A stretch of 60,764 nt of DNA, filler included, from Hausera hauseri (GCA_046269625.1; 11 parts of 11 records of this genome joined end to end with filler, not necessarily neighbours in it); one strand, 5' to 3'; positions 13,180 through 26,474 are shown, counted from the whole stretch's first letter. The notes: generated from the sequence alone by a model not told the origin. Program-made: numbers and translations.

Positions 13180-16100
13180 ACAGTTGCGGATACCTGCAAA
13201 TTCGGAATCACCGCAATCAATTTAGTCGAAAAGAAATTTGGACTGACCCAGATCCGAACACCTGCATCTTCGAAATCAATGCAATGAGTTTAGTCGAAAA
13301 AAATATTGGAATGACCCAGTTCGGACACCTGCATATTTTGACTCACCAAAATGAGCTGCTTCGAAAAAAATTTTGGACTTACCCGGTTCAGGACACCTGC
13401 AAATTCGCACTCATCGCAATGAATTGAGTCGGAAAAATTTTGGACTGACCCAGTTCGGGATACTGGCATATTAGGATTCGCCAAAATGAATTGAGACGAA
13501 AAAAGATTTGGACTAACCCAGTTCCAAACGCCTGCATATTCGGACTTACTGCAATGGGTTGAGTCGAAGAAAATTTTGACTGACCCAATTCGGGACACCT
13601 GCAAATTCGGACTCACTGCAATTAATTGAGTCGAGAAATTTTGGACTGGCTCAGTTCGGGATACTTGCATATTGGGATTCACCGCATTGATTTGAGTCGA
13701 AGAAGATTTTGGACTGACGCAGTTTAGAGCAGCTGATAATTAGGACTTACTGCATTTAGTATAGAAAGAAAATATTTTGGAATGTCCAAATTCCGGGTAC
13801 CTGCTTATTTGGATTCACTGCAATGAGTTTAGTAAAAAAATTTTTTGCCATGATCCAGGTCCGGAAACGTGCATATTCGGAGTCACTGCAAACAGTTTAG
13901 TCGAAAAACGTTTTGGAATGACCCAGTTCCGGACACGTGCGTATTCGGATTCAACGCAATGAGTTGAGTCTGAAAAAGTATAGGAGTGACCCAGTTCGGA
14001 CACCTGCATATTTTGACTCTCCAAAATGAGTTGAGTCGAAAAAAATTTTGGACTGACCCAGTTCAGGACACCTGCATATTTTGACTCACCAAAATGTGAT
14101 AAGTCGAAAGAAAATTTGGACTGACCCAGTTCCGGACACCTGCATATTCGGATTTACCACAATTAATTGAGTCGGAAAAATTTTGGTATAGCCCAGTTCG
14201 GGATACTTGCATACTAGGATTCACCATAATGAATTGAGACGAAAAATTTATGGACTAACCCTGTTCCGCACACCTGCATATTTTGATTCACCAAAATGAG
14301 TTGAGTCGAAAAAAATTTTGGGCGGACCCACTTCCGGATAACTGCAAATTAGGATTCACCGTAATTAATTTAATCGGAAAAATTTTGGGCAGAGCAAGTT
14401 CGGGATACTTGCATATTAGGATTCACCGCAGTGAGTTGAGTCGGAAAAAAATATTTGACAGAACCTGTTCCGCACACCTGCATATTTGGACTCATTGCAG
14501 TGAGTTTAATCGCAATAAATTTGGGTCTGACCCAGTTGGGCACATACAAATTCAGACTCACCGCAATGAGTTGAGTCGAAAAAACTTTCTGACTGACCCT
14601 GGTCCTTACGCCTGTATATTTTGACTCAATGAAATTAGTTCAGTCTAAAAAAATTGATGAATGACCCAGTTTCGGACACCTGCATATTCGTACTCGCCGA
14701 AGTATATTAAGTCGAAAACATTTTTGACTGACCCAGTTTCGGACACCTGCATATTTTGACTCACCAAAATGAGTTGAGTCGAAAAAAAATTTGGACAGAC
14801 CCACTTCCGGATAACTGCAAATTAGGATTCACCGCAATTAATTGAGTCGGAAAAATTTTGGACAGACACAGTTCGGTATACTTGTATATTGGGATTCACC
14901 GCAATGAATTCAGTGGAAAAGAAATTTGGAATGACCCTGCTCCGCGCACCTGCCTACTGGGACTCACTGCAATGAGCTTAGTCGAAAAACGTTTTGGACT
15001 GACCCAGTTACGGACACCTGCAAATTCGGAATCACCGAAATGAGTTGAGTCGAAAAAAATTTTGGAATGATCCAGTACCAGACACCTGCAAATTCGGCAT
15101 CACCGCAATGAATTTAGTCGAAAAAAATTTTGGACTGACCCAGTTCCGGCACTTCAATATTCGGACTCACTGCTATAGGGTTAGTCGAAAAAATTTTTTG
15201 AATAAATCAGTTCCGGACACCTGAATATTCGGAATCAATGCAATGACTTTAGTCGAAAAAAAATTTCGGACTGACCATGTTTCGGACACCCGCAATTTAG
15301 GACTCACCTCATTGAGTTGAGTAAAAAAAAATTTTGGACTGACAAAGTTGCGGACACCTGCATATTAGGACTCATTGCAATGAGTTTAGTCAAAAAGAAA
15401 TTTGGACTGACACAGTTCCGGACACCTGCATATTGGTAATCAATGCAAAGACATTAGTCGAAAAAAATTTTGGAATGACTCAGTTCCGGAAACTGCATAC
15501 TCGGACTCACTGCTATCAGTTTAGTCGAAAAAAGTTTTTGAATAATCCAGTTCCGGACACCTGCATATTCGGAATCAATGCAATGACTTTACTCGAAAAA
15601 AATTTTGGACTGACACAGTTGCGGATACCTGCAAATTCGGAATCACCGCAATCAATTTAGTCGAAAAGAAATTTGGACTGACCCAGATCCGGACACCTGC
15701 ATCTTCGGAATCAATGCAATGAGTTTAGTCGAAAAAAATTTTGGAATGACCCAGTTCCGCCACTTGAATATTTGGACTCACTGCAATGAGTTGAGTCGAA
15801 AAAATTTTGGCTTGATCCAGTTGCGGACACCTGCATATTCGGACTCACCGCAATGGGTTTAATCAAAAAAATTTCGGATTGACCCTGTTCCGGACACCCG
15901 CAATTTAGGACTCTCTGCATTGAGTTGAGTAGGAAATATTTTTGACTGACACAGTTCCTGACAACTGCATAATCGAACTCACTGCAAAGAGTTTAGTCGA
16001 AAAGAAATTTTGAATAAACCAGTTACGGACACGTGCATATTCGGACTCACTGCAATGGGTTGAGTCGAAAAGAGTTTTGAATGACCCAGTTCCGGACACA

Positions 16101-17875
16101 TGCATATTCGGACTTAACGCAGTGAGTTTAATCGAAATAAATTTTGGACTGACCGAGTTCCGCACACCTGCATATTCGGACTCACTGCAATGAGTTTAGT
16201 CGAAAAATTTTTGAATAAACCAATTCCGGACACGTGCATATTCGGATTCGACGAAGTGAGATTAGTCGAAAAAAATTTTGGACCGAACCAGTTACGGACA
16301 ACTGCATATTCGGACTCACTGCAATGAGTTTAGTCGAAAACAAATTTGGACTGAGCCAGTTCCGGACACTTGCATATTTGTACTCTTTGCAATGAGTTCA
16401 GTCGAAAAAAATTTTTCACCGACTCAGTTCCAGACACCTCGATATCCGACTCCCCTCATTAAGTTGAGTCGAAGAAAATTTTCGACTGACGCAGTTACGG
16501 ACACCTGCACATTTGTGCTCACCGCAATGAGTTTAGTCGAAACAAATTTTGGAGTGACCCAGTTCTGGACACCTGCATATTCGGGCTCACTGATACGAGT
16601 TTAGTCGAAAAAATATTTTGAATAAACCAGTTGGGGAGACGTGCATGATCGGATTCTACCAAATGAGTTGAAAAAAAAATTTGTACAGACGCGGTTCCGC
16701 ACACCTGCATATTCAAACTCACTGCAATGTGTTGACTCAAAAAAAATTTTGAACGACCCAGTACCGGACACCTGCATATTCGGACTCACCGCAGTGAATT
16801 TAAACGAAATAAAGTTTGGACTGACACAGTTCCGGACACCTGTAAATTCGGAATCACCGCAATACATTTAAACAAAAAAAATTTTTGTACTGAGCCAGTT
16901 CCGGACACCTGCATATTCGGAAACAATGCAAGACTTTAGTCGATAAAAATATTGGAATGACTCATTTCCGGCAACTGCGTATTCGGACTCACTGCAATGA
17001 GTTTAGTCGAAAAATTTTTTGAATAAACCAGTACCAGACACGTGCATAATCGTGTTCGACGAAATGAGAATAGTCGAAAAAGATTTTGAACCGACTCAGT
17101 TCCAGACACCTCCATATCCGACTCCCCTCAATGACTTGAGTCGAAAAAATTTTCGACTGACGCAGTTACGGACACCTTCACATTTGTGCTCACCGCAATG
17201 AGTTTAATCGAAACAAATTTAGGAGTGACTCAGTTGTGGACACCTGCAAATTCGGAATCACCGCAATTGGTTTAATCGGAAAAAATTTTTGACTAGACCA
17301 CTTCACGACACCTCCAAATTCGGCCCTTCCGAAAGGTGTTGAGTCGGAAAAAATGTTCGACTGATTCAGTTGCGGACACCTGCATATTCGGACTCACCGC
17401 AATAAGTTCAGCATGAAAAAATTTTGGACTGATCCAGTTGCGGACACCCGCAATGTAGGACTCATTGCATTGACTTGAGTAGGAAAATATTTTGGACTGA
17501 CACAGTTTCGGACACCTGCATATTCGGACTCACTGCTATGAGTTTAGTCGATAAAAATTTTTGAATAAACCAGTTCCGGACACGTGCATATTTGGATTCG
17601 ACGAAATGAGTTGAGTCGAAAATAATTTTGCACAGTCCCGGTTCCGCACACCTGCATATTCGGACTCACTGATACGAGTTTAGTCGAAGAAAAATTTTGA
17701 ATAAACCAGTTGGGGAGACGTGCATGATCGGATTCTACCAAATGAGTTGAAAAAAAAGAAATTTGTACAGACGCGGTTCCGCTCACCTGCATATTCGGAC
17801 TCACTGCAATGTGTTGACTCAAAAAAAATTTTGAACGACCCAGTACCGGACACCTGCATATTCGGACTCACCGCA
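13180..17875. repeat. Satellite DNA, ~68-69 bp monomer, roughly 68 copies, fills the whole contig
   Basis: Consensus approx. GAGTTGAGTCGAAAAAAATTTTGGACTGACCCAGTTCCGGACACCTGCATATTCGGACTCACTGCAAT, head to tail. Confidence 0.97.
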
Positions 17876-17975
17876 NNNNNNNNNNNNNNNNNNNNNNNNN
17901 NNNNNNNNNNNNNNNNNNNTTAATTAATTAANNNNNNNNNNNNNNNNNNNNNNNNNNNNNNNNNNNNNNNNNNNN

Positions 17976-18073
17976 AAGTAGGTCAACAGCAGAGATGATT
18001 GGAGACACCAGGAATCGCGAGAGGTGGAGATCCATGACATCCTGTGCTTCGCCGCACGGCACCTGATGATGAT
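17976..18073 (+). mobile_element. 3' end of an RTE-like non-LTR retrotransposon
   Basis: AEMIGDTRNRERWRSMTSCASPHGT* followed by a (TGA)n tail. Confidence 0.7.
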
Positions 18074-18345
18074 TATTTCTGAACACACGAGCCGTGTTTC
18101 CAACACACTGAATGTCGCCCGTGTGACTTCCTAGCCTTAAGCTTGGTTTGATTGTGCATTCAGCTTGCTTCAGCATTTAGTCTTCGTTTATTTCTAACGT
18201 AGTCATTATATTTTGTTTATTCAGTAACATCTAGTTTTGAATTACAGAAAAAGGAGAATCAAGCGTCAACCTGGAGGTCCGGTGTAGAAAGAGCGGAAGA
18301 CAAGAGATAGGTCAGAAAATGGTTTACACATAAATTGATGAACAG

Positions 18346-18460
18346 AAAAGACCAAGAAGAACATGGATAGACAACGTGAAGAAGACTCCCCAAGTGCTAA
18401 AGATCAACAATTTGGAGAAAAAGACCAAAGACAGAGAAATGTGGAGGCGCATCGTTCAAG
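18346..18460 (+). mobile_element. Second RTE-like LINE C-terminal remnant
   Basis: KRPRRTWIDNVKK...KTKDREMWRRIV matches the RTE GRP..W...DR..WR motif. Confidence 0.6.
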
Positions 18461-18856
18461 TGTACGCTATCGAAGAAACAAGGATTACATCTTTCCAAAC
18501 ATTTCTTTTAAATAAAATTACTTCTCACCAACTACACATTAACTTTTTTCCCTACACTCATCTAACCTGATACTCTTTCTCTCTCCCTCTTCGCCTAGCA
18601 AAGTACTCTCTTCGACTATTAACCCTCCCCCGGCCTCAGAACATAAATATACTATTTCAGCAAACCAGATTTTTTTGTAACATTTCGTACAAAATTCATG
18701 AAGAACGGACCTTGTGTAACAACTGAACCAGATTCCCCAATAACTAGGTATTGAACAATTAAATATACAATATTTAATAAAACAGATACGATAGAGTGTA
18801 GACCTTTCTATCAAAATCCTCATCTATGTTGTTTCATATCCTTTGATAAGGAATAT

Positions 18857-19741
18857 ATGATATGGTATTGGACAGGATTGAAAACGAATGGTGGCTGGAA
18901 ATGGTCGGATGGATTAATAGGTCCAGAAGTAATAGTGAGATCACCGAGAATAACAACTGCTACTACAGCAACGATGACTTCTATCATGGACTTAACGACA
19001 CAGAAACTGACTAAGGATATGAACGTTAATAGGAAACTGGATATAACCATACAGTCGATGCCACATTCTCTCATTATTACGGCATCGAACTTGAAAAATA
19101 CAAACATAAAATTTGAGTGTTTTCTTTATGACAGAATGATTAGTGAAGGAATTATAACCCCAGATGAGCCTACATCAGCCTGTATGTTCCTAAAGGCTAA
19201 TACAAATTATAAAGTTGTTATAACCGAACTAGATGAAGAAGGACAGAAACTACAGACAATCTATCGTATGGGAAGAACGTTAAACCAACCTATTATAACG
19301 ACCGTGAATACCATAAAAACGGTAACTGCACAAAATTATATAAATAATTCCAATATATACCTACGGATAATAATCATATTATGTGTATTCTTAGTATTAA
19401 TAGCTGTGTTATTACCCTTAATAATTTACTATTCCAGAATAAGATACAGGAGGCGCAAGACCCAAAATATTATACAACAGCTAAAATTATTAAGGGACGA
19501 TTCCCAAAATGATACGGGTAATGAAATAGATGCGCTTTTCCAAGCTGAGAAGCTACCAGATTCTAAACGGCCATCTCAACCGTTAACAGATGTTACACTA
19601 TGTATGTGTACATGTACAAAAGATGAGGCTGAAAAATTTTTGGCGACCTACCAAAATAAAACCAATTATAAAACACCCAGGCTGCAAAGCTTTGTGCAAC
19701 CTATCATAGAATTTTTCGAAACTTTTCATGGCTATTATTGA
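18857..19741 (+). CDS. Type I membrane protein C-terminal part: C-type-lectin-like end, Thr-rich stalk, FN3-like domain, TM, cytoplasmic tail
   Basis: YWTGL..GGWKWSDG; TTATTAT; LKANTNYKVVI; IIIILCVFLVLIAVLLPLIIYY followed by RIRYRRRK; 5' part disrupted. Confidence 0.7.
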   Translation: MIWYWTGLKTNGGWKWSDGLIGPEVIVRSPRITTATTATMTSIMDLTTQKLTKDMNVNRKLDITIQSMPHSLIITASNLKNTNIKFECFLYDRMISEGIITPDEPTSACMFLKANTNYKVVITELDEEGQKLQTIYRMGRTLNQPIITTVNTIKTVTAQNYINNSNIYLRIIIILCVFLVLIAVLLPLIIYYSRIRYRRRKTQNIIQQLKLLRDDSQNDTGNEIDALFQAEKLPDSKRPSQPLTDVTLCMCTCTKDEAEKFLATYQNKTNYKTPRLQSFVQPIIEFFETFHGYY

Positions 19742-21243
19742 TATATTTTCTTTCAGTCCAAGACGGTGCCGAAATCGTCCAACGAGTCAAATCTTTTTAT
19801 TATAACGTCGCTTCTAATCTCAATTCCACCCAACATAAAGACTATATATATTACGGGAAAGCATCCCTAATACCTAATAATATCAAAGGTCATTTGGTCA
19901 CACAGAGAGCAGGATTGATCATTAAATTACCTAATGCAGCAACCAGATTGTCAGATTTAGTAGACACATCCGCGAAAACAACCTTCGTTTATATATCAGT
20001 CATCAGAGCAAGCCTACAATTGAAAAGTAGAAGTCATCAGACCGATATAACAGATCAACTCAATGTAACTCCCTTCTCGACAATTCGTTTAGATCATCGT
20101 CTCTATAAGAATGCCAACATAACATTACGAACCTTTGGAGGACCTAATCCCATTCTATACATTGAGGTTACCAGGAGGGAGAAAATCTCTCATCCAGAAT
20201 ACGATATACCAATTTTTAATACACCTCTTCCAAACAAATCCGAATTAGAAAAAGGATGTTCCTTCTCTAGAATTTCTCCGGTTCCTAGAAGCCAAGTTGT
20301 TATTGTATCCACAAATGTTGCATATTTGATCAAGGACAATAGTTCTCAAGCTACACTTATAGAAATTACCATAATGGATTTAGAGAAAAAAATCCTCCTC
20401 GATCAGCTTATTACCACACGAGGACGCGTAGATAATTACAATACGCAAATAACCGGAATACGGGAAGTAGACTTAATCGGCCAAGCCGACCAATACCAAA
20501 TTTGGCCTATGATTAGATATCATTTAGTAGGAAAAATGATTGTATCAATGGATATATTTAATATCAATTCACAAATTGCCCTCTTCAATACGGATCGTAT
20601 AATGGGTATCCGAGATTTGTATTACCATGATGTAATAAATCCCAAGAAAACATTAACCCTAAAACAAGTTTTCTTAAAATTCAATAATATTATATATCCA
20701 ACACGGACAAAGGATAAAGCATTGGTCATTCTTAATATCTATAACAGTCTAAAAGAATATCAACATCAAGATGTGGAGACAAATCTGATACCAACAGCAC
20801 ACAACATTTCAAATGAACACTCCACTTCCCTTACTTTATCTGATGACAAGATCCATTCATTTACTCCAGAATTAATGGATATAACCGATTCCTTCAATAC
20901 AACAGAACTACAGATCAATACATCAGCTATTGTCGATCTGATTGAAGAATCGCCGATCGCTCGACCAGGACCTTCAACAAAAGCCCAACCTGACCTTTCA
21001 GCAACTGTTATACCTGATAAACAGATAGTTGTTGATTCAACAAAGAAAAAAAGAAAAATGCCCAAAGAAGATACCATTACTTTAAAACTGAAATTCAAAC
21101 AGAAAGGCTTATGGCGACAATACGAATCGTCTAATTATCGTGTAGAAAACGAAACCTTAGAAACCTACCCAGCAATGCTGAGGACAGCATTGTCTGAGGA
21201 GGGAAATATTAGGGAATCTGATATCAAATGTGATCAAAAGTGA
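19738..21243 (+). CDS. 501-aa protein with REXO4/ISG20-like DEDDh exonuclease domain (~20287-20745) lacking catalytic residues
   Basis: LLDQLI..RVDNYNTQITGIREVDL, LVGKMIVS and IRD align by eye to REX4-type exonucleases; the DxE position reads STN; intact ORF (TTG start listed). Confidence 0.7.
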   Translation: MIYFLSVQDGAEIVQRVKSFYYNVASNLNSTQHKDYIYYGKASLIPNNIKGHLVTQRAGLIIKLPNAATRLSDLVDTSAKTTFVYISVIRASLQLKSRSHQTDITDQLNVTPFSTIRLDHRLYKNANITLRTFGGPNPILYIEVTRREKISHPEYDIPIFNTPLPNKSELEKGCSFSRISPVPRSQVVIVSTNVAYLIKDNSSQATLIEITIMDLEKKILLDQLITTRGRVDNYNTQITGIREVDLIGQADQYQIWPMIRYHLVGKMIVSMDIFNINSQIALFNTDRIMGIRDLYYHDVINPKKTLTLKQVFLKFNNIIYPTRTKDKALVILNIYNSLKEYQHQDVETNLIPTAHNISNEHSTSLTLSDDKIHSFTPELMDITDSFNTTELQINTSAIVDLIEESPIARPGPSTKAQPDLSATVIPDKQIVVDSTKKKRKMPKEDTITLKLKFKQKGLWRQYESSNYRVENETLETYPAMLRTALSEEGNIRESDIKCDQK

Positions 21244-24200
21244 TCAACAGATCGAGACTGTGATTAAATAAATTTACTTGCAAATTTGATCTGGTCAATG
21301 AGACCATTATAAACTAGTAATGATTTATCTATGATTTATTTTAAAGCATTGTTGATTTATTCGTGATCTTTGTTGATTTATTTGTGATCTTTTTACATTC
21401 TTTTGGAATTTCACATATTATATGTAAATTTATTCCGTCTGTGTTTATATGAAAAAGGAGTATAAATACTTAAATTCTTAGTACCCAAGAACAGAAAAAT
21501 TCTTATGTATGCCTACACCTCATGTGAGTTTTATTATCTTATTTTCTTTAAAGTTTGTAATTATTTTTGATTTCTCATTGTAACTATTGTGTTATTATTT
21601 ATTAAAGTTTATTGATATAACATTACTTTTTGTTTTATAAGATTTATATAAATTCGTCTAAATAATATATTTTGATAATAAGGGTTAATTAATCTTATAA
21701 AACAGGGGCCCGTTTATTCTTACGGTCATAACTAACCGTAGAGCTAACAAACTTTATAAAATCAGGGGACGACACCAGTGTTCCTCCTGGTGATCGAATT
21801 CACATACATATATAAATAATTTCAACAAGCCGACCCCACAGGCGGCTTTTAAGATTGAATAAAGTAATCGAGCTCGAGAAAAATAATACCTTGAGCTGTT
21901 CGTACTAAAGTAATTAAGTATAAGTTTGAGGCTCCAGAACCCAAACTTTTCCAACCAAATTTAACTTCTTTTCGTGTTACTCAAACTTATCACTTTATTG
22001 GAAAATGCGAGAGATACTTCGACTTTATAAAGATGTCGGAGGCGGACCGAGAAACTGCGATCCTGTGCCNNNNNNNNNNNNNNNNNNNNNNNNNNNNNNN
22101 NNNNNNNNNNNNNTTAATTAATTAANNNNNNNNNNNNNNNNNNNNNNNNNNNNNNNNNNNNNNNNNNNNTTGAGTATAATGAAGAAAGAAATCAACGTCT
22201 TCATGGTGTCCATGGATATTGAAATTGTCACCTTTCAAATAATGGATCGTTTAGTTGACTGTCTTATTCAGTGTGAAATTGAGGATGGTATAACCAGTAG
22301 TGATATGATATGTAGCAACAGTTTGACATGCTACAACAATCGATTTTGGCAATTACTACCCAACTAAATAATCTTAATGAGCCTCGACAAAGTGAAACCA
22401 GATGTTCACGGGAGCGAAGCACTTCAATGCACTCTTCTCGGTCCATGTCACCTGGCGGAAGTATGACTTGTTTCTACCACACACGTTTTCGAAAGGAAGC
22501 AAGGAAATGTTTCTTGGGCTGTCGATTCTTTAGTGAGGGATACGACGTAAATAACCATATTTGTATATACCACAACAAATATCAATCAAAGGCCAGGTCA
22601 TGTGTGCCTGGTTGTAGACATTACAATAAAAATCTCCTAGCTTTTCTTCCTCTTCTTTCTTTCCTCCAAATCCTACAAAAAACTCATAATTCCGCCAGAT
22701 TGTATGGCACCTTTTGGCGCAGGCAACATCGTTCAATCTTCTGGCCGTTTTAACACCGCCTCTGCAGTCTTTCTGTTGAAGGCTGCACTTTTATGCAGTG
22801 ATGCTTCACACATCGACTTCCTTATAGACTCAGGAGCTGCCTTTTCACTCCTTCTGTTGTCTTTCACCCCTACATCCACTATAACTTTCTGTCCTCCACT
22901 TTTCACCGCCAGTGGACAACCGCTGTACGTTGCAGAAACCACGGAATTGACCTTCACATTCGCCAACTTTCCCGATAAGTTTGTCTGGAAGTTCCACGTG
23001 GCCAACATTAAATCTCCCATAATAGGCTCAGATTTTCTTGCCGCACTTGATTTATTGGTAGATTGAAAATACAGCTGTCTTAGCAAAAACTCGATTTCAA
23101 CTTCAAACATGTGTCTCGCAGATAATCTAGCAAGCAATTCATTGCACTCATCTGGAAACGTGTTGAACGTTTTGTCATCTATTAAAAAAACTTCCGATAA
23201 AGTCGGTAAACCTTCAATTATGAACGACAATCCTATATTTATTCTGAAACAAAAATCCAAATTAGATGTCGACAGCAGCGATGTTAGTTGCCTCTCTTCA
23301 GTCACTGCAGCTGTTCTTTTTAATGATGCGCCTCAATCATTCTTATCTTTAGACTCCGATCTTAGATCATATATCACAACATCATGCTTTCGAATAGTTA
23401 AAAGAGACATCAACTTCAAGCTATCACCCTCAACTTATCATCATATTGTAAAGGAGCATCAGAGGACTATCAAACAGAGGGTCAGATCTTTGTCGTCACG
23501 CAGAAATAAAGCTGTGGAGCAGGAGTTTAATGAACTAGAAATGTCTGGCATTGTTCGGAGATCGAATTCTCCATGGGCCTCTCCTCTTCATGTAGTGGTA
23601 AAGAAAGATGGAACTTATAGGCCATGTGGCGACTATCGATAATTAAACAATCTGACTATTACAGATGCCTATCCACTACCACTCATTCAGGATATTCTTC
23701 ATAGCCTCAGCAACATCAATACCTATTATACTATTGATCTGCACAAGGCCTATTATTAAATCCCTGTTGCGCCTAATAACATTCCAAAAACTGCTGTCAT
23801 CACACCGTTTGCTTTTTATGAATACATCTTCATGCCTTTTGGCCTACGTAGTGCATCTTAGACCTTTCAGCGCCACATTGACACCGTTATTTCTGGACTT
23901 GATTTTGCTCACCAATACATGGATGACATATTAGTCGTTTCAATCTCCATAAAACAACATCATGAGCATCTTGGAATTATTTTCCACAGATTGCATCAAA
24001 GTAACCTGCAAATTAATTTCTACAAATGCAATTTCTTCCAGAAACGCGTAAACTTCCTAGGCCACATAATTACTCCCGAAGGGCATTCGCCCCAGCTTGA
24101 TCGCATACAACAATTAAAAAATGAAACGTAGCCAACTACAACTACCGATATGCGGAGTTTTCTAGGTACATTGCATTTCGTACACAAATACGTGCCTCAT

Positions 24201-25927
24201 TGTTCCGAACTGACGGCACCTTTCGCACATCTCTCATCTGAGAAAAAAGACAATTAATCCATTGGACTTTCGATCTAGTAAACCACTTTGATCGCCTTCG
24301 TGAAGGTCTGAAAACTGTAGAAATCTTGGCTTTTCCAAAGCCAAATGCTGAACTAATATTAACTACCGATGCCTCTACCACAGCAACTGGTGTAATATTA
24401 TTTTAAATATACAATGGCGTCAATTCACCATTAGAGTTCTATTCTCGAAAGCTTACACAACGGGAAAGCCGATACTCAACATTTGACCGTGAACTCTTGG
24501 ATGTAGTTCTAGCCGTAAAACATTTCAATCACTTGCTTTGTTCACGTCAATTTACCATCCAAACAGACCACAAGCCTCTACTTCATATAATGACTTTGAA
24601 ACAGCCATCACCCAGAACAAGAACGACAGATATCATACCTGTTGACGTTTAGTTTTTCCATGAAATATATTTCATGCACCGAAAATTTAGTAGCGGATTT
24701 TCTTTCGCCTTTGGTAAACTCAATTACAGTTCAGCCACTTTTCTTTTCTGAGGTCCTGAGAAGCAATCAGCCATCATCTGACATTCTCCAAGCTTTTAAA
24801 TCTGTTCACCACGTTACATCATAACGAACCAGGTTCCGCAATTTAAAGCTGATATTTTTAAATCTCTAGTAAAGCACTTGGGGATAGCCCACTTTCATAC
24901 AACGCCGTACCATCCCCAAGCAGATGGCCTTCTTAAGAGATTCCACCGCACCATGAAGATTTTAAAAATCCTGGCAAACAACAATTGTAATTGAACCTCG
25001 ATTCTTCCTCTTGTCTTACTTGGTTGGCGCAACACGCCATCCACTACCACAGGTTGTGCCCCGGCTGAAGCTCTCTTTGGGACACCAATTCGTGCACTAT
25101 TTGAACTCTCCAATCTCGACGAAAGTCCACCAGATGAAGCTATTCGTGAGTCACAGTCCCACTTTGCTGATGTAAATTCGAATGCCTCTGCCGTCTTATA
25201 AACAAAAACAAATCTTATATCCCAGAGGACATATATTCAACCAAGTTTGTATGGCTGAAGGATCCGACACCTTCTGGTTTTCTGCCTGAATACGTTGGAC
25301 CTTACAATTTACTTAATCTTTTTTCGCACACTGCCACTATTTTACGCAAGAACAAACCTCAAAATGTACATATCTCTAACCTTAAGCAAGCATTCTTCGT
25401 TAATGATGACTAGGAAAACAGTGTTGTTTCAAATTCTAACTCTAATTTCTCTATCCGCGAGTCATCATCTAATTTCCTCGATAATTTTGAGCCGTCGCAG
25501 CAATCGAGTCACAATCAGTCCTTTTCACTTCCATCATCGTTCACTGTTCATTCACCACTAACTTCGCCGTCATCGCCTGCACACCCACCACTCACTTCAC
25601 CGTCATCGCACGATTTGCCTCTACCTTCAGTCTCGCCTCTTTCGTTTTCCCCACTCCACTCTTCAGTTTCTTTACCACCTTCACCTTTTCATTAAGCATT
25701 CTCCCAAAACACCACAAAATCTACGGCATCTCTCCCTCAAAAAATTCCACAAGCACCACTAACATCTAACAGGTCACGCCGGGTGACGTTTAGCACTTAC
25801 AGCAGGGAGAAGTTCATAGATGGAGTCCAACGCCTTACATGTACCAAAACCGAATAGGTATAAGCTGTTCTTTTTCCTACTATAATTTCCATTTATTTTC
25901 TTCTCTTCATAATCTTCTTCTTGCCAC

Positions 25928-25942
25928 GGGGGTGGGGGGTGA
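25928..25942 (+). other. Polypurine tract
   Basis: GGGGGTGGGGGGTGA immediately before the LTR start TGTAGTG. Confidence 0.85.
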
Positions 25943-26474
25943 TGTAGTGCCTAGGATGTGGCTGCGCTGTTTGAGGTTGTCGAATCGATGAGAGAATTTT
26001 CCCGGCCGTGTTTTAAAACGGTAATCATCTTTAGTGCTAGAAAATCGTTGGGTCCGAAAAACGATGACGAGTCGAATCTGGGTAAGACGTAAAAACGTGG
26101 TGATATGAAACGGAAACCCAACTTTGATGATGAAAATGACGATATATTAAGCTCATTGACGAATAAACATTCAGCGTGCAAATCATCCGGAGAAATAATC
26201 GAGAAAAACATGCAGATGTTGACCGGTCTAATACTGATAAAACGCGACAAATTCAATATTTTAATTCTGGAATGAAATGACAATTACCAGTGCATAAAAC
26301 ATGAATGTTTCTGTTTTCTCTACAACTTTTGTCCACATGTATATTTAATGTATATATCTTTATCATGTAAATAAATATATTGATTATCTAATTATTAATC
26401 AATCGGTTTAAAGAATAATAGACTTCGTTTTCGCTATTTGTTTGATTTTCGTTTCTTTGGAATTTTACACTACA
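25943..26474 (+). repeat. 3' LTR (532 bp)
   Basis: Perfect inverted termini TGTAGTG...CACTACA, preceded by a PPT, with AATAAA inside. Confidence 0.88.

Larger units (their letters stand above)
22170..26474 (+). mobile_element. Decayed Ty3/gypsy element with CHCC-type gag (CsRn1/Kabuki-like): gag end, PR, RT, RNase H, partly deleted INT, PPT, 3' LTR
   Basis: CFYH..F..EARKC...C; FLIDSGA; SPWASPLHVVVKKDGTYRPCGDYR; YMDD; LTTDAS; TTPYHPQADG. Confidence 0.93.

Noticed and set aside
13180-17875. CRISPR array, or the many 60-130 aa ORFs called here
   Set aside because: Units are contiguous degenerate monomers with no unique spacers and no cas genes; the ORFs are translations of the satellite.
21680-22069. 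PPT and 3' LTR of the large family
   Set aside because: Two short AGGGG tracts exist, but no clear TG...CA boundary or partner LTR is visible before the gap.
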